Assembly: GCA_965223415.1 (NCBI GenBank)
Contig: OZ245002.1
Coordinates: 1,920,001 to 1,984,000 of the forward strand
Source of the DNA: Myxococcota bacterium
Lineage (GTDB): Bacteria; Myxococcota_A; UBA9160; UBA6930
Direction of reading: 5' to 3'
DNA: 64,000 bases
Below, piece by piece: positions 20,850 through 29,969 of the stretch (position 1 is the first letter of the stretch; every line of letters begins with the position of its first letter). Under the pieces are notes generated by a model that saw only the letters and a list, made by a program, of their open reading frames with translations, ran no database searches and was not told the origin of the DNA. The position numbers and the translations under genes were made by a program.

Positions 20850-21835
20850 GGCTCGAGCGTGCCTTTCCGCAGCATGTCCTGCAGGTCCGAGACCGACTTC
20901 CCGTCCTCGACGAACAGCCGCTCCATCTTCACGGCCAGGTTCGTGAGGATCGTCCGGTAGGCCGTGCGCTCGTCGTTGCTCCCCAGGGCCTCGTAGAGGC
21001 GCTGCTCGAAGGCCGCGCGGAGCTCCAGGCGTTCGTCCCGGGTGATGGAGCCGTCGTCGACCTTGGAGCGATACCACCCCTCGTCGTGATCGCCGGAAAG
21101 CTCGCTCAGGTGCCCCGCCAGGACGCGGGTCAGCGATTGGCCCTCTTCGGCGCGATCCTGCAGCGTCTTGCCCCCGCTGCCGACCGACTTCGCCTCGCCC
21201 GAGCGCATCAGACGGAAGGTCCCGTAGCGGGTCCCGGCGTCGCGCTCGAAGCGGCCGGTGATGACGTCGCCGTCGATCGCCTCGGCCGCGTAGAGCGTGC
21301 GCCCCTCCATCGACTCGGTCGACGCGCTCCCCATCACGTCGTCACGGGTGAAGGTCGGGAGATCGCCGTCGAACTCGATGGTCCAGGTCTCCTCGAAGGT
21401 GATCACGCTGGCGGATTGGTAGCCGCGCCGTCGCTTCGCCGAGGTCCAGCCCTGGGTGGCCGAGCCCTTGAGGCTCTTGGTGCGCGAGCCGCGCTGGTTG
21501 ATGGCCAGGCCCTCGCGGATCTCCCGGCGCTGGCTGCCGTTCGGCTCCCAGTGGTGGAGCACCCGGGCGTTGCGTCCGCCGCTGCTGTCGAAACGGCCGG
21601 ACTTGTCTTCGAACACGACGATCGGGTAGTCGACCCAGACGAGCCGCGAGCCCTCCAGCTTGAACTCCCAGATCCGGTCCTCCCAGCGCTCGGTGTCCGG
21701 GTTGTTCGTACCCTTGTCCTTGTAGTGGACGAGCAGGTGCCACGTACCGACCAGGTCCGGCGGCGCCGCTGCGGCAGGTGCGGCGAGCGCCAGCAGGAAG
21801 ACGGCGACGACTCCGACGCGAAGTGTGACGAGCAC
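20846..21835 (-). CDS. Secreted hypothetical protein
   Basis: Signal peptide ending AAAA-PP; beta-rich body; starts just after the thyX stop. Confidence 0.72.
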   Translation of the reverse strand: MLVTLRVGVVAVFLLALAAPAAAAPPDLVGTWHLLVHYKDKGTNNPDTERWEDRIWEFKLEGSRLVWVDYPIVVFEDKSGRFDSSGGRNARVLHHWEPNGSQRREIREGLAINQRGSRTKSLKGSATQGWTSAKRRRGYQSASVITFEETWTIEFDGDLPTFTRDDVMGSASTESMEGRTLYAAEAIDGDVITGRFERDAGTRYGTFRLMRSGEAKSVGSGGKTLQDRAEEGQSLTRVLAGHLSELSGDHDEGWYRSKVDDGSITRDERLELRAAFEQRLYEALGSNDERTAYRTILTNLAVKMERLFVEDGKSVSDLQDMLRKGTLEP

Positions 21836-21837
21836 GA

Positions 21838-23400
21838 TCAGATCCTCCGCTCGATGTCCGGGAAGCTCCGCCAGACCGGGATCCCGCAGAAGTGGCTGCC
21901 CTCGGTGCAGCGCGGCCGTACGAGCCCGGTGCGCACGGAGCACGGGGGGCCCACGTGGCGCATCAGCTCCGGGTGCACTGCGCGCACCTGCTCGATCTCG
22001 TCCATCGAGGCCTCGAAGATCTCCCGCTGGGCGTTCAGACAGGTGCGCATGGTCCACTTGTGGAGCTGGTGGAGAAGGCTCCCGGACTCCTCGAAGCGGA
22101 GCGCCAGGGCGTTCGGAAGGACGTAGAGGGCCAGCTCGGGATTCACGCCGAGAGCGTGGAGGCGGCGGCGGGCCTCCCAGGAGGCCTCGACGCTCTCGCG
22201 GAAGACGGCGTGGCAGCCGGGATCGTCGGCGATCAGCGCCGGCTCGATCACGTCCGGCGTGTCCGGCACGTTGAACAGCAGCAGCGGCCGCGAGCCGGGC
22301 ACCATGCGGTGGCGCTGGTCCTGGGAATCGGCGGTGTGGGAGAGCTTCTTGCGGAAGGTGTAGTGGGCGTGGTTCAGGGTCCGCATCAGGGGCGAGTGGG
22401 CCGAGACGTTGAGGGTGTCGAGGCGGTAGCGGTTGCGGGCGGGGTCGAGCACCCGGGCGATGGCCGTCTCGTCGTCGAGACCGGGCTCGCCCAGCACCGA
22501 GCGCACCGCGTCCGCCACCACCCGAGACGCACGGGCGCCCCAATCGACGAGCCGGGCGCTACGCCCGTCCAGGGACTTGTCGAAGGCCTCGAGGCCCGCC
22601 GAGTCGGCCGGGCCGCGCGGGCGGCCGGCGAGCTCGACGATCTCCTCCTCGCCGAGCGGGTCCTCGCCGATCGCCCCGAAGAAGTCCGGGTCGAGGCGAC
22701 GCACCTCGGCCACCATCCGGTCGACCACGCGGCGCGCCTCCGTCGGTGCGTCGCAGGCCGCCGCCATGCGGTGCAGCCGGTGCAGCGTGATGCCGGTGAT
22801 CGTGTAGACCATCGCCGTGTGGCACGCGACGGGAATGACGTAGCGCGCCGTCTCGATCGCCTTCTTCTCCGCCTCCTTCGCCACGTTGCGACCGAAGGCC
22901 TTGCCGGCCCGATCGGGAAGGCGCCAGAGATCCGAGAGGATCCCCTTCGTCACGGGAAGGAGGCGGCGGGTGAGCTCCGCATAGGCGCCCCAGGCGTCGC
23001 GCACGGCGCCCTCGTACACGGCGCGCGCCTCACCGGCGAGGGCGTCGGGCACGTGGGCACGCGCCTCCTCGAGCTTCACGTAGCGCTGGCTCTGCTGCTC
23101 CGTGTTGTAGAACGGGAAGGAGTGCAGCAGCGACCAGACGAGCTGCCGGGAGATGCCCGACAGCTCGAACTCGAAGGTCGCATGGGTATACACCGTGTGG
23201 TGTCCGCCCTCGTAGGTCAGCGGCCCGATGCGCTCGCGCTGGCCGGCGGTGATCTCGTCGGCGCGAATGACCCGCGGCGAATAGCAGGTTCGCGCAGCGG
23301 CGATGGCGTCGTCGTAGGGCGCCTCGAACCAGTTGCGCAGGCGGATCTCCGGCCCGCCGTCGACGACGGCGTCCGGCGTGCTGCCAGCGTGCTCTGCCAC
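21838..23400 (-). CDS. thyX: FAD-dependent thymidylate synthase with tandem Thy1 domains
   Basis: AARTCYS, GHHTVYTH, QQSQRY, ARYVIP in the first half; QDQRHRM, LYVLPNA, RTC..AQREI in the second. Confidence 0.8.
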   Translation of the reverse strand: MAEHAGSTPDAVVDGGPEIRLRNWFEAPYDDAIAAARTCYSPRVIRADEITAGQRERIGPLTYEGGHHTVYTHATFEFELSGISRQLVWSLLHSFPFYNTEQQSQRYVKLEEARAHVPDALAGEARAVYEGAVRDAWGAYAELTRRLLPVTKGILSDLWRLPDRAGKAFGRNVAKEAEKKAIETARYVIPVACHTAMVYTITGITLHRLHRMAAACDAPTEARRVVDRMVAEVRRLDPDFFGAIGEDPLGEEEIVELAGRPRGPADSAGLEAFDKSLDGRSARLVDWGARASRVVADAVRSVLGEPGLDDETAIARVLDPARNRYRLDTLNVSAHSPLMRTLNHAHYTFRKKLSHTADSQDQRHRMVPGSRPLLLFNVPDTPDVIEPALIADDPGCHAVFRESVEASWEARRRLHALGVNPELALYVLPNALALRFEESGSLLHQLHKWTMRTCLNAQREIFEASMDEIEQVRAVHPELMRHVGPPCSVRTGLVRPRCTEGSHFCGIPVWRSFPDIERRI

Positions 23401-23660
23401 GTCCTTCCCCCATCCCCGCGGACGCCCGCCACGGCGGGCGCCAGCCCGAAGACTCTAGCCGGAATCGGGGGCCCGGAGCCGCACCGCGGCCCTGTGAACG
23501 CCGGGTCACAGTGGAGAAACCTTTTCCCTCCCTGACACCGGCCGGTCTGCCCCGGCTTCCGGCAGCAGGCCCCCGCGGCCCTTCCGGTCGAACGTTTTTT
23601 TGCGAGCATTTTCCGAGCCTTGCGCCATCCTCCTGCGCGGGGTGGGAAGAGCGATGCCCG

Positions 23661-23676
23661 TTGGCATGTCGCTTGC
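23661..23676 (+). promoter_or_regulatory. Sigma-54 (-24/-12) promoter
   Basis: TTGGCATGTCGCTTGC has exact GG-N10-GC spacing, ~65 nt upstream of the TTG at 23743. Confidence 0.7.
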
Positions 23677-23742
23677 GCTCGTCAGGGGGACCGGCCGGGG
23701 GCGAGGTGCGCCCCGGGGCCGGCACTGCTCCGAGGCCTGCCC

Positions 23743-25596
23743 TTGATCTGGGTCGTCCATCCCGATCCGCGCATCCAGCGCTTCCTCGCCCGACTCGTCG
23801 GCGAGGGCGAGACCCTGTGCGGCGATGCGGCGGATCCCCGCTTCGAGGAGGCCCCGGCGCCCCGGGCCATCGTGCTCGGGGTGGTCGACCCGGCGCCAGC
23901 CCTGGAGCTCGCCGGGTGGGCGGCCACCCGCCATCCCCAGGCCCACTGGGTCCTGGTGCGCGATCCGGGCCTCGACGACGGCGAGCTGGCGAGGCTGTTC
24001 GCCGGGCTGGATGCGGCGCGGCTCGCCTATCCGCCCGAGCCGGCCGCCCTGCGTGCCGCCCTCCGCCCCGGCGCCGGCGACGAGGCGGGCGAGACCCTCC
24101 CGGAGCGCCGGCAGCGGGAGGCCGTGCGCAGCCGCTTCGCCCGCTACTTCCAGGGCCTCGTGCTCCCGGAGCCGGACCAGGTGCAGCGCGCCGGCCGCGG
24201 CCTGGTCGTGCGGGGCGAGCGCGGCACGGGACGGCTGCTCTTCGCCCGCGCGGCGCATCTGCTGGCCGGCGGCGAGCGCTTCGTCCACCTGCCTTGTGAC
24301 GAGACCACCGACACGGCAGGGCTTGCCGCCCGGCTGGGGACGATCCACGAGGCGCGCAGCCTGACGGTGTGCCTGGAGGCGCTCGACCGAGTGGCCCCCG
24401 CCGTGCAGCGGGAGCTCCTGGGCTGGGTCGAGCTCGGTGCTCCGGCGGCGCCGGTGCCCCCGGAGGACGTGCGCTGGATCGCGCTCGTGTCGGAGACGGG
24501 GGCCCTGCTGCCGGAGCTCGCGGACGGGCTCGCAGCTCTCGACGTGCACCTGCCGCCCCTGCGCGAGCGGCGCGAGGCGATTCCGGGCTTCGTGCACGCC
24601 ACCGCCAACCAGTGGGCGGCCGAGCGGCGGGTGGCGCGACAGGTCTCGGAGGCGGCCGTGCAGGAGCTCCAGAGCCACGTCTGGCCCGGCAACCTCCGCG
24701 AGCTCGAGGGCGCGGTGCTGCGACTGCTCGCGGAGGCGGACGACCCGAACATCGAGGCCCACCACGTGAGCGCCCTGCTCGCCGCGGGCGAGGCGCCGCC
24801 GATCCCCCGGCCCCGCCCGACCGCCGAGCCCGCCCGTCCGCTCGCCGAGGCGCCCACCCCCTTGCTGCCCGAAGCGCCCCCGGCGGCGGACGCCCGGCCC
24901 GCCGAGGCGGAGCCTCTCGCCGCCGTCCCGGCCGCGTCGCCGGCCGACGACCCGACGCTCCGCGAGCTCGCCGACTGCCTCGCCCACGAGCTGCGCAATC
25001 CGCTGGTCTCGATCCGCACCTCCGCCGAGCTGCTGCCCGAGCGCTTCGCCGATCCCAGCTTCCGGGGTGACTACCACGAGGAAGTGCTGCGGGACGTCGA
25101 GCGCGTCCAGGACCGGGTCGCCCGCCTGGCCCGCTTCGCCGAGCTGCGCCCGGCCGAGCCCTGGCCGGTGGACGTGAGCGCGCTCCTCGACCGGATGCTG
25201 GAGGAGCGCCGCGACGCGATCCGCCGCCGGCGCCTGCTCGTGCTGCGGGAGCTCGAGAGCGAGCTGCCCCTGGCGCTCGCCGACGAGGCCACCCTGACCT
25301 TCGCCTTCGAGTGCCTGCTCGACCGCATCGTCCGCGAGAGCTCGGAGCGGGCGGATCTCTACCTCGCCTCCCGCCACCACCAGGCGGCGGACGGCCGCAC
25401 CAGCCTACGCATCCTCTTCCGCTTCCACGACGGAAGCCACGCCGGCGAGCTCGCCGAGGCCCGCCACTCCCTGGATCTGTGGCTGGCGAAGGCGGCTCTC
25501 GCCCGCGGCGTGGGCCAGCTCCACATCGACACGGGGCGCGGCGAGGAGACGGTGGTGCTGATCGACCTGCCGGCACCCGGGAAGACCGACCGCTGA
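23743..25596 (+). CDS. Fusion of degenerate REC, degenerate sigma-54 AAA+, Pro-rich linker, HisKA and degenerate HATPase
   Basis: GERGTGR, LPPLRERRE, WPGNLREL, LAHELRNPL; GAGG precedes the TTG at 23743. Confidence 0.8.
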   Translation: MIWVVHPDPRIQRFLARLVGEGETLCGDAADPRFEEAPAPRAIVLGVVDPAPALELAGWAATRHPQAHWVLVRDPGLDDGELARLFAGLDAARLAYPPEPAALRAALRPGAGDEAGETLPERRQREAVRSRFARYFQGLVLPEPDQVQRAGRGLVVRGERGTGRLLFARAAHLLAGGERFVHLPCDETTDTAGLAARLGTIHEARSLTVCLEALDRVAPAVQRELLGWVELGAPAAPVPPEDVRWIALVSETGALLPELADGLAALDVHLPPLRERREAIPGFVHATANQWAAERRVARQVSEAAVQELQSHVWPGNLRELEGAVLRLLAEADDPNIEAHHVSALLAAGEAPPIPRPRPTAEPARPLAEAPTPLLPEAPPAADARPAEAEPLAAVPAASPADDPTLRELADCLAHELRNPLVSIRTSAELLPERFADPSFRGDYHEEVLRDVERVQDRVARLARFAELRPAEPWPVDVSALLDRMLEERRDAIRRRRLLVLRELESELPLALADEATLTFAFECLLDRIVRESSERADLYLASRHHQAADGRTSLRILFRFHDGSHAGELAEARHSLDLWLAKAALARGVGQLHIDTGRGEETVVLIDLPAPGKTDR

Positions 25597-25619
25597 TCAC
25601 CAGTCGCTAGCCTCCCCCC

Positions 25620-26993
25620 ATGCCCCGGGTGCTGGTCGTCGACGACGAGACGGGCGTCCGCGAATCCCTGCGCATGCTCCTCAAGCAGGAGTGCGAGGTG
25701 GTGACGGCGGACGGCGCGGACGCGGGCCTGCGCGCCATGGCCGAGCTGCCGATGGACCTGGTGCTCCTCGATCTCGTGATGCCGGGCAAGAGCGGGCTCG
25801 CCTTCCTGGAGGAGCTGGCGGAGCAGGCGGACGCGCCGCCGGTCATCGTGCTGACGGCGACGAAGACGGTGACCACCGCGGTCGAGGCCATGAAGCTCGG
25901 CGCCGCCGACTACGTGACCAAGCCCTACGAGATCGACGCCCTGCGCATCAAGGTCCGCCAGCTCATCCAACACCGCGCCCTCGAGCGGGAGGTCGTGCGG
26001 CTCACCGACGAGCTGGACCAGCGGACCCGGGTCGGCGACCTGATCGGCCGCAGCGACGCCATGCGCGAGGTGTTCCGCACCATCGACCGGCTGGCGCTCT
26101 CACCGGCCACGGTGTTGGTGCAGGGCGAGAGCGGAACCGGCAAGGAGCTGGCCGCCCGGGCGCTGCACGATCTCTCGCCCCGGGCCGCCGCGCCCTTCGT
26201 CGCGGTGAACTGCGCCGCCATCCCCGACACGTTGATGGAGAGCGAGCTCTTCGGCCATGAGCGCGGCGCCTTCACCGATGCGCGGGACCGGCGCATCGGC
26301 AAGTTCGAGGCGGCGGCCGGCGGCACTCTCTTCCTCGACGAGATCGGCGAGCTGGCGCCGGGCCCCCAGGCCAAGCTGCTCCGCGCCCTCCAGGAGCGGG
26401 TGATCGAGCGGGTCGGCGGCAACCAGACGATCGAGGTGGACGCGCGCATCATCGCCGCCACCAACCGCAACCTGGAGCACGAGGTGGCCGAGGGACGCTT
26501 CCGCGAAGACCTCTACTACCGCATCCACGTCGTGCCGCTGGTGCTGCCGCCGCTGCGGGAGCGCCGGGAGGACGTGAAGCTCCTGGCCGAGCGCTTCCTC
26601 AAGCTGGCCCGCGAGCGCGACGGGCGCGGCCCGTCGCGCATCGGGCGGGATGCGCTCCTCGCCCTCGAGCGCCATCCCTGGCCCGGCAACGTCCGCGAGC
26701 TCGAGAACGTGATCGAACGCGCCTTCACGCTGTGCGACGGCGACACCCTGGGCATCGGCGACCTGCCGGAATCCCTGGCTCGCGGCGCCCGTGCCGACAC
26801 CCTCCGCGACAGCCTGCAGGCGGGGCGCCTCTCCCTGGAGGACACCGTCTCGAGCTTCGAGCAGGAACTCCTCCGCGAGGCCCTCGAGCGCAACGACTGG
26901 AACCAGACCCGAACCGCCGAAGCCCTCGGCACGACCCGCCGCCTGCTCAAGATCAAGATGGACAAGCACGGCCTGTCCAAGCCGGAGCCGTGA
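25620..26993 (+). CDS. Sigma-54-dependent response regulator (NtrC/AtoC family)
   Basis: REC; GESGTGKE; ESELFGHERGAFTDA; LFLDEIGE; WPGNVREL; C-terminal Fis-type HTH. Confidence 0.95.
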   Translation: MPRVLVVDDETGVRESLRMLLKQECEVVTADGADAGLRAMAELPMDLVLLDLVMPGKSGLAFLEELAEQADAPPVIVLTATKTVTTAVEAMKLGAADYVTKPYEIDALRIKVRQLIQHRALEREVVRLTDELDQRTRVGDLIGRSDAMREVFRTIDRLALSPATVLVQGESGTGKELAARALHDLSPRAAAPFVAVNCAAIPDTLMESELFGHERGAFTDARDRRIGKFEAAAGGTLFLDEIGELAPGPQAKLLRALQERVIERVGGNQTIEVDARIIAATNRNLEHEVAEGRFREDLYYRIHVVPLVLPPLRERREDVKLLAERFLKLARERDGRGPSRIGRDALLALERHPWPGNVRELENVIERAFTLCDGDTLGIGDLPESLARGARADTLRDSLQAGRLSLEDTVSSFEQELLREALERNDWNQTRTAEALGTTRRLLKIKMDKHGLSKPEP

Positions 26994-27058
26994 GACAAGG
27001 GGACGTTCCTGTCTGTCTCACTCTGGAGTGAGACAGACAGGAACGTCCCCTTGTCTCA
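26991..27058. repeat. REP-like palindrome, copy 2 (perfect 33-bp inverted repeat, 2-nt spacer)
   Basis: 26991-27023 TGAGACAAGGGGACGTTCCTGTCTGTCTCACTC is the reverse complement of 27026-27058. Confidence 0.93.
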
Positions 27059-27063
27059 GCTAG

Positions 27064-28333
27064 CAGGCTGCTGAAAAACCCTGCGTTTCCGTGTTCTCGA
27101 TGGTAGAAGATGGGTCGGGGGGAGAGAGGATGCGCGGCAGCGACCGAGAGCAGGGTTCGATGTTCAGCTACGTCTCGCTGGAGACGCGGATTCCGGAGGA
27201 TCATCCGCTTCGCCCCATGCGGGCGATGGTGGACGAGGCGCTGAGGGGCCTGTCTCGGCGGTTCTCGGAGCTCTACGCGTCGACGGGCCGGCCGTCGATC
27301 CCACCGGAGCGGCTGCTGCGGGCTCTGTTGCTGCAGGTGCTCTACTCGATCCGGAGTGAGCGCCAGCTGATGGAGCAGCTCGAGTACAACCTGCTGTTCC
27401 GTTGGTTCGTAGGGCTGGGGATGGAGGATGCGGTCTGGGTCCCGACGGTCTTCACGAAGAACCGGGACCGGCTGCTGGAAGGGGACGTGGCGGAGGCGTT
27501 CTTTGAGGCGGTGCTGGCGCAGGGAAAGGACCACGGCCTTCTGTCGTCGGAGCACTTCACGGTGGATGGCACGCTGATCGAGGCGTGGGCGAGCCAGAAG
27601 AGCTTCCGGGCGAAGGACGGCTCGGGGGACGACGGAGACGACGATCCGGGCAACCCGACGGTGAACTTTCGGGGAGAGCGGCGGAGCAACGCGACGCACG
27701 AATCGACGACGGATCCCGAGGCGCGGCTGGCGCGCAAGAAGGGCCAGACCTCGCAGCTGGCCTACATGGGCCATCTGCTGACGGAGAACCGCAACGGCCT
27801 GATCGTCTCGGCGCTGCTGACGGAGGCCGATGGCTACGCCGAGCGGCTGGCAGCGCTGGAGATGGCGGAGGACGTGGCGGGAAGGCGCCGGATCACGCTG
27901 GGCGGGGACAAGGGCTACGACACCGAGGAGTTCGTGGCGGGCTGCCGGAAGCGCAACATCACGCCGCACGTGGCGCAGCACACGACGAATCGGGCCAGCC
28001 GGATCGACGGTCGCACGGTCCGTCACGAGGGCTACGCGATCAGCCAGCACAAACGCAAGCGGATCGAGGAGTGCTTCGGTTGGATGAAGACGGTCGGGGG
28101 AATGCGAAAGACGCGTCACCGGGGCACGGATCGGGTCGGGTGGATGTTCGTCTTCACGGCGGCGGTCTACAACCTGGTCCGCATACGCAACCTCGTAGAG
28201 GTCACATGACGCACCTGCATCGAGACGAGGTACCCCGGATCACTTCCGGGATCGAAGAGCGAGCCGAGCGGGCCGCGGGGACCCGCGCCCTCTGGCGTTC
28301 TGGCGCCTCTCAGCGCCGAATTTCAGCAGCCTG
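27064..28333 (+). mobile_element. IS5-family insertion sequence, copy 1 (1270 bp)
   Basis: 13-bp terminal IRs CAGGCTGCTGAAA / TTTCAGCAGCCTG; CTAG on both flanks (27060-63, 28334-37). Confidence 0.93.
27130..28209 (+). CDS. IS5-family DDE transposase
   Basis: DHPLR, GRPSIPPERLL, VDGTLI, GDKGYD, RKRIEECFGW. Confidence 0.95.
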   Translation: MRGSDREQGSMFSYVSLETRIPEDHPLRPMRAMVDEALRGLSRRFSELYASTGRPSIPPERLLRALLLQVLYSIRSERQLMEQLEYNLLFRWFVGLGMEDAVWVPTVFTKNRDRLLEGDVAEAFFEAVLAQGKDHGLLSSEHFTVDGTLIEAWASQKSFRAKDGSGDDGDDDPGNPTVNFRGERRSNATHESTTDPEARLARKKGQTSQLAYMGHLLTENRNGLIVSALLTEADGYAERLAALEMAEDVAGRRRITLGGDKGYDTEEFVAGCRKRNITPHVAQHTTNRASRIDGRTVRHEGYAISQHKRKRIEECFGWMKTVGGMRKTRHRGTDRVGWMFVFTAAVYNLVRIRNLVEVT

Positions 28334-28873
28334 CTAGCGGATCCAGCCGGGCAGGCAGCCGGCGCGGCGGCACTCCTCCTCCAGGCCCTCGGCGAGGTAC
28401 TGGCTGAGCTCTGCGTGGGCCTCCTGGAGGCGGCCGTACTCCTCCTGGACGTCGCTGCACTCGATGGTTCGGCGACGGCCCAGGTCGTCGGTGGTGTAGA
28501 CGCCGTCGCCGCGGTTGCACCAGCCGGCGACCTTCCGCAGGGTGGGGAGCTGCTGGTCGAGCTGGGCGAGCTGCTGCTCTGCGCGCTGCTTCTTGGTGCG
28601 CCAGCGGGCGGCGTCAGCTTCGTCGTTGATCGTCTGGCGGCGGGCGCGGGGCTCCGCGACCGCCGGACGCGGAGCAGGCTCCAGGCGCGCCGCCGGCGCC
28701 ACGCTCTGGATCTTCTTCTTCGGCTCGTGCTTCTTCGCGCCGGGACACTGGCTGGCGTCGCCGGTGAAGCGCACCTGGCCGTCCGGGCCGGTGCATCGGT
28801 AGATCTCCGCCGCGGCGGGCGCGGCCACCGATACGGCGAACAAGGCGATCAGCAACACGACTCGCGTTGTCAT
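28334..28873 (-). CDS. DUF4124-like secreted protein
   Basis: Signal peptide, then IYRCTGPDGQVRFT and a coiled coil; its stop codon is the IS target CTAG. Confidence 0.78.
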   Translation of the reverse strand: MTTRVVLLIALFAVSVAAPAAAEIYRCTGPDGQVRFTGDASQCPGAKKHEPKKKIQSVAPAARLEPAPRPAVAEPRARRQTINDEADAARWRTKKQRAEQQLAQLDQQLPTLRKVAGWCNRGDGVYTTDDLGRRRTIECSDVQEEYGRLQEAHAELSQYLAEGLEEECRRAGCLPGWIR

Positions 28874-29709
28874 CCATCCCTCCACGCCTGGGGAACCTGC
28901 GCGCGGTCGGCCGCTGCGTCGAGCTCGTCGAGCGCCGTTTCCAGGGCGGCCAGTCGATCCGCGAGCTCCCGGCGACGGCTCTCGCGGAAGAAGTGGTTCT
29001 CGCCGATGTAGGTCTCGAGGGTCGCGATCTTGGCGTTCAGCTCGGCGAAGCGGCGCCGCCACTGACCTTCGCTCATGCCGCTCCGCACCCGGTCGTTGGG
29101 GCGCAGGCTGATCACCTGGGCGCCCGGGTCGATCTGGAAGGTGAAGTTGTTGAAGAACGCGCCGCCGAGCAGCCCGATCTCCATGCTATCGGTGATCGAT
29201 CCGCGCACGCCCTCGACCCGTGCGTCGCCGACCTGTACGGAATCGAGGGTGACGATCGGATGGCTCACCACGCCGTTGGCGGTCTGGTAGAGGGCGGTGG
29301 GCGTGTCGGGACCGACGCGGATGCCGGCCCGTTGAGCGACCGAAGCCGGGATCGAGACGTCGCTCGCGCCGGTGTCGACGACGAAGGGCGCGGTCACCCG
29401 ATCGTTGAGTCGCACCATCACCAGCATGGCGCCCCGTTGCTGCTCGTAGCGGATGTGGATCACGCCGCTCCGACCGCGCCGGCGAGTGGCGGGACGCGAG
29501 GCGCCCGGGGCGGGGCTCGCGTAGATCTGGAGGCGGCTCGGCGGCGCGGCCCTGGCCCCCTCCCGTGCCGCTGGCCGCTGGCTCTCGGGCACCTGGGACA
29601 GATCCTGGGTGAAGTGGACCCGGCCCTGCGCATCGGTCCAGCGGTAGATGTCCGCGTGGGCGGCCGTGCCGAGCAGCAGCACGGCGAGCAGAGCCAGGGT
29701 GGGGCGCAT
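28870..29709 (-). CDS. DUF4124 + retropepsin-like aspartic protease
   Basis: IYRWTDAQGRVHFT; FVVDTGAS; TANG; GLLGGAF. Confidence 0.87.
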   Translation of the reverse strand: MRPTLALLAVLLLGTAAHADIYRWTDAQGRVHFTQDLSQVPESQRPAAREGARAAPPSRLQIYASPAPGASRPATRRRGRSGVIHIRYEQQRGAMLVMVRLNDRVTAPFVVDTGASDVSIPASVAQRAGIRVGPDTPTALYQTANGVVSHPIVTLDSVQVGDARVEGVRGSITDSMEIGLLGGAFFNNFTFQIDPGAQVISLRPNDRVRSGMSEGQWRRRFAELNAKIATLETYIGENHFFRESRRRELADRLAALETALDELDAAADRAQVPQAWRDG

Positions 29710-29940
29710 TCCCTGCGAATCGGTCGCCGCCGCCGGCGGCTTGATCGGCCGTCCCAGCGTTCCGGATGGTACACACCGCATTTCTGCTCCAAGGACGGTG
29801 GTTTACGTCTCCTCCCCGGGAATCGGTGAACCAGATGGAACGCCTCACCGGGGCTCCGGCGCATCGACCCCCAGGGGTGAGATCGGGAAAAGTGCTTTGG
29901 CGGCTGGGGGTTGTGCCGGATTTCGCGGATCCGGCCGAGA

Positions 29941-29955
29941 TGGCACGCCCCTTGA
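29941..29955 (+). promoter_or_regulatory. Possible sigma-54 promoter (variant -12 element)
   Basis: TGGCACGCCCCTTGA: perfect -24 TGGCACG, with TTGA in place of TTGC. Confidence 0.45.
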
Positions 29956-29969
29956 TAGGGAACACTGTC

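Noticed and set aside
26254..26283. GAFTDA instead of GAFTGA as a sign of an inactive bEBP
   Set aside because: This is a common natural variant and all other AAA+ motifs are intact
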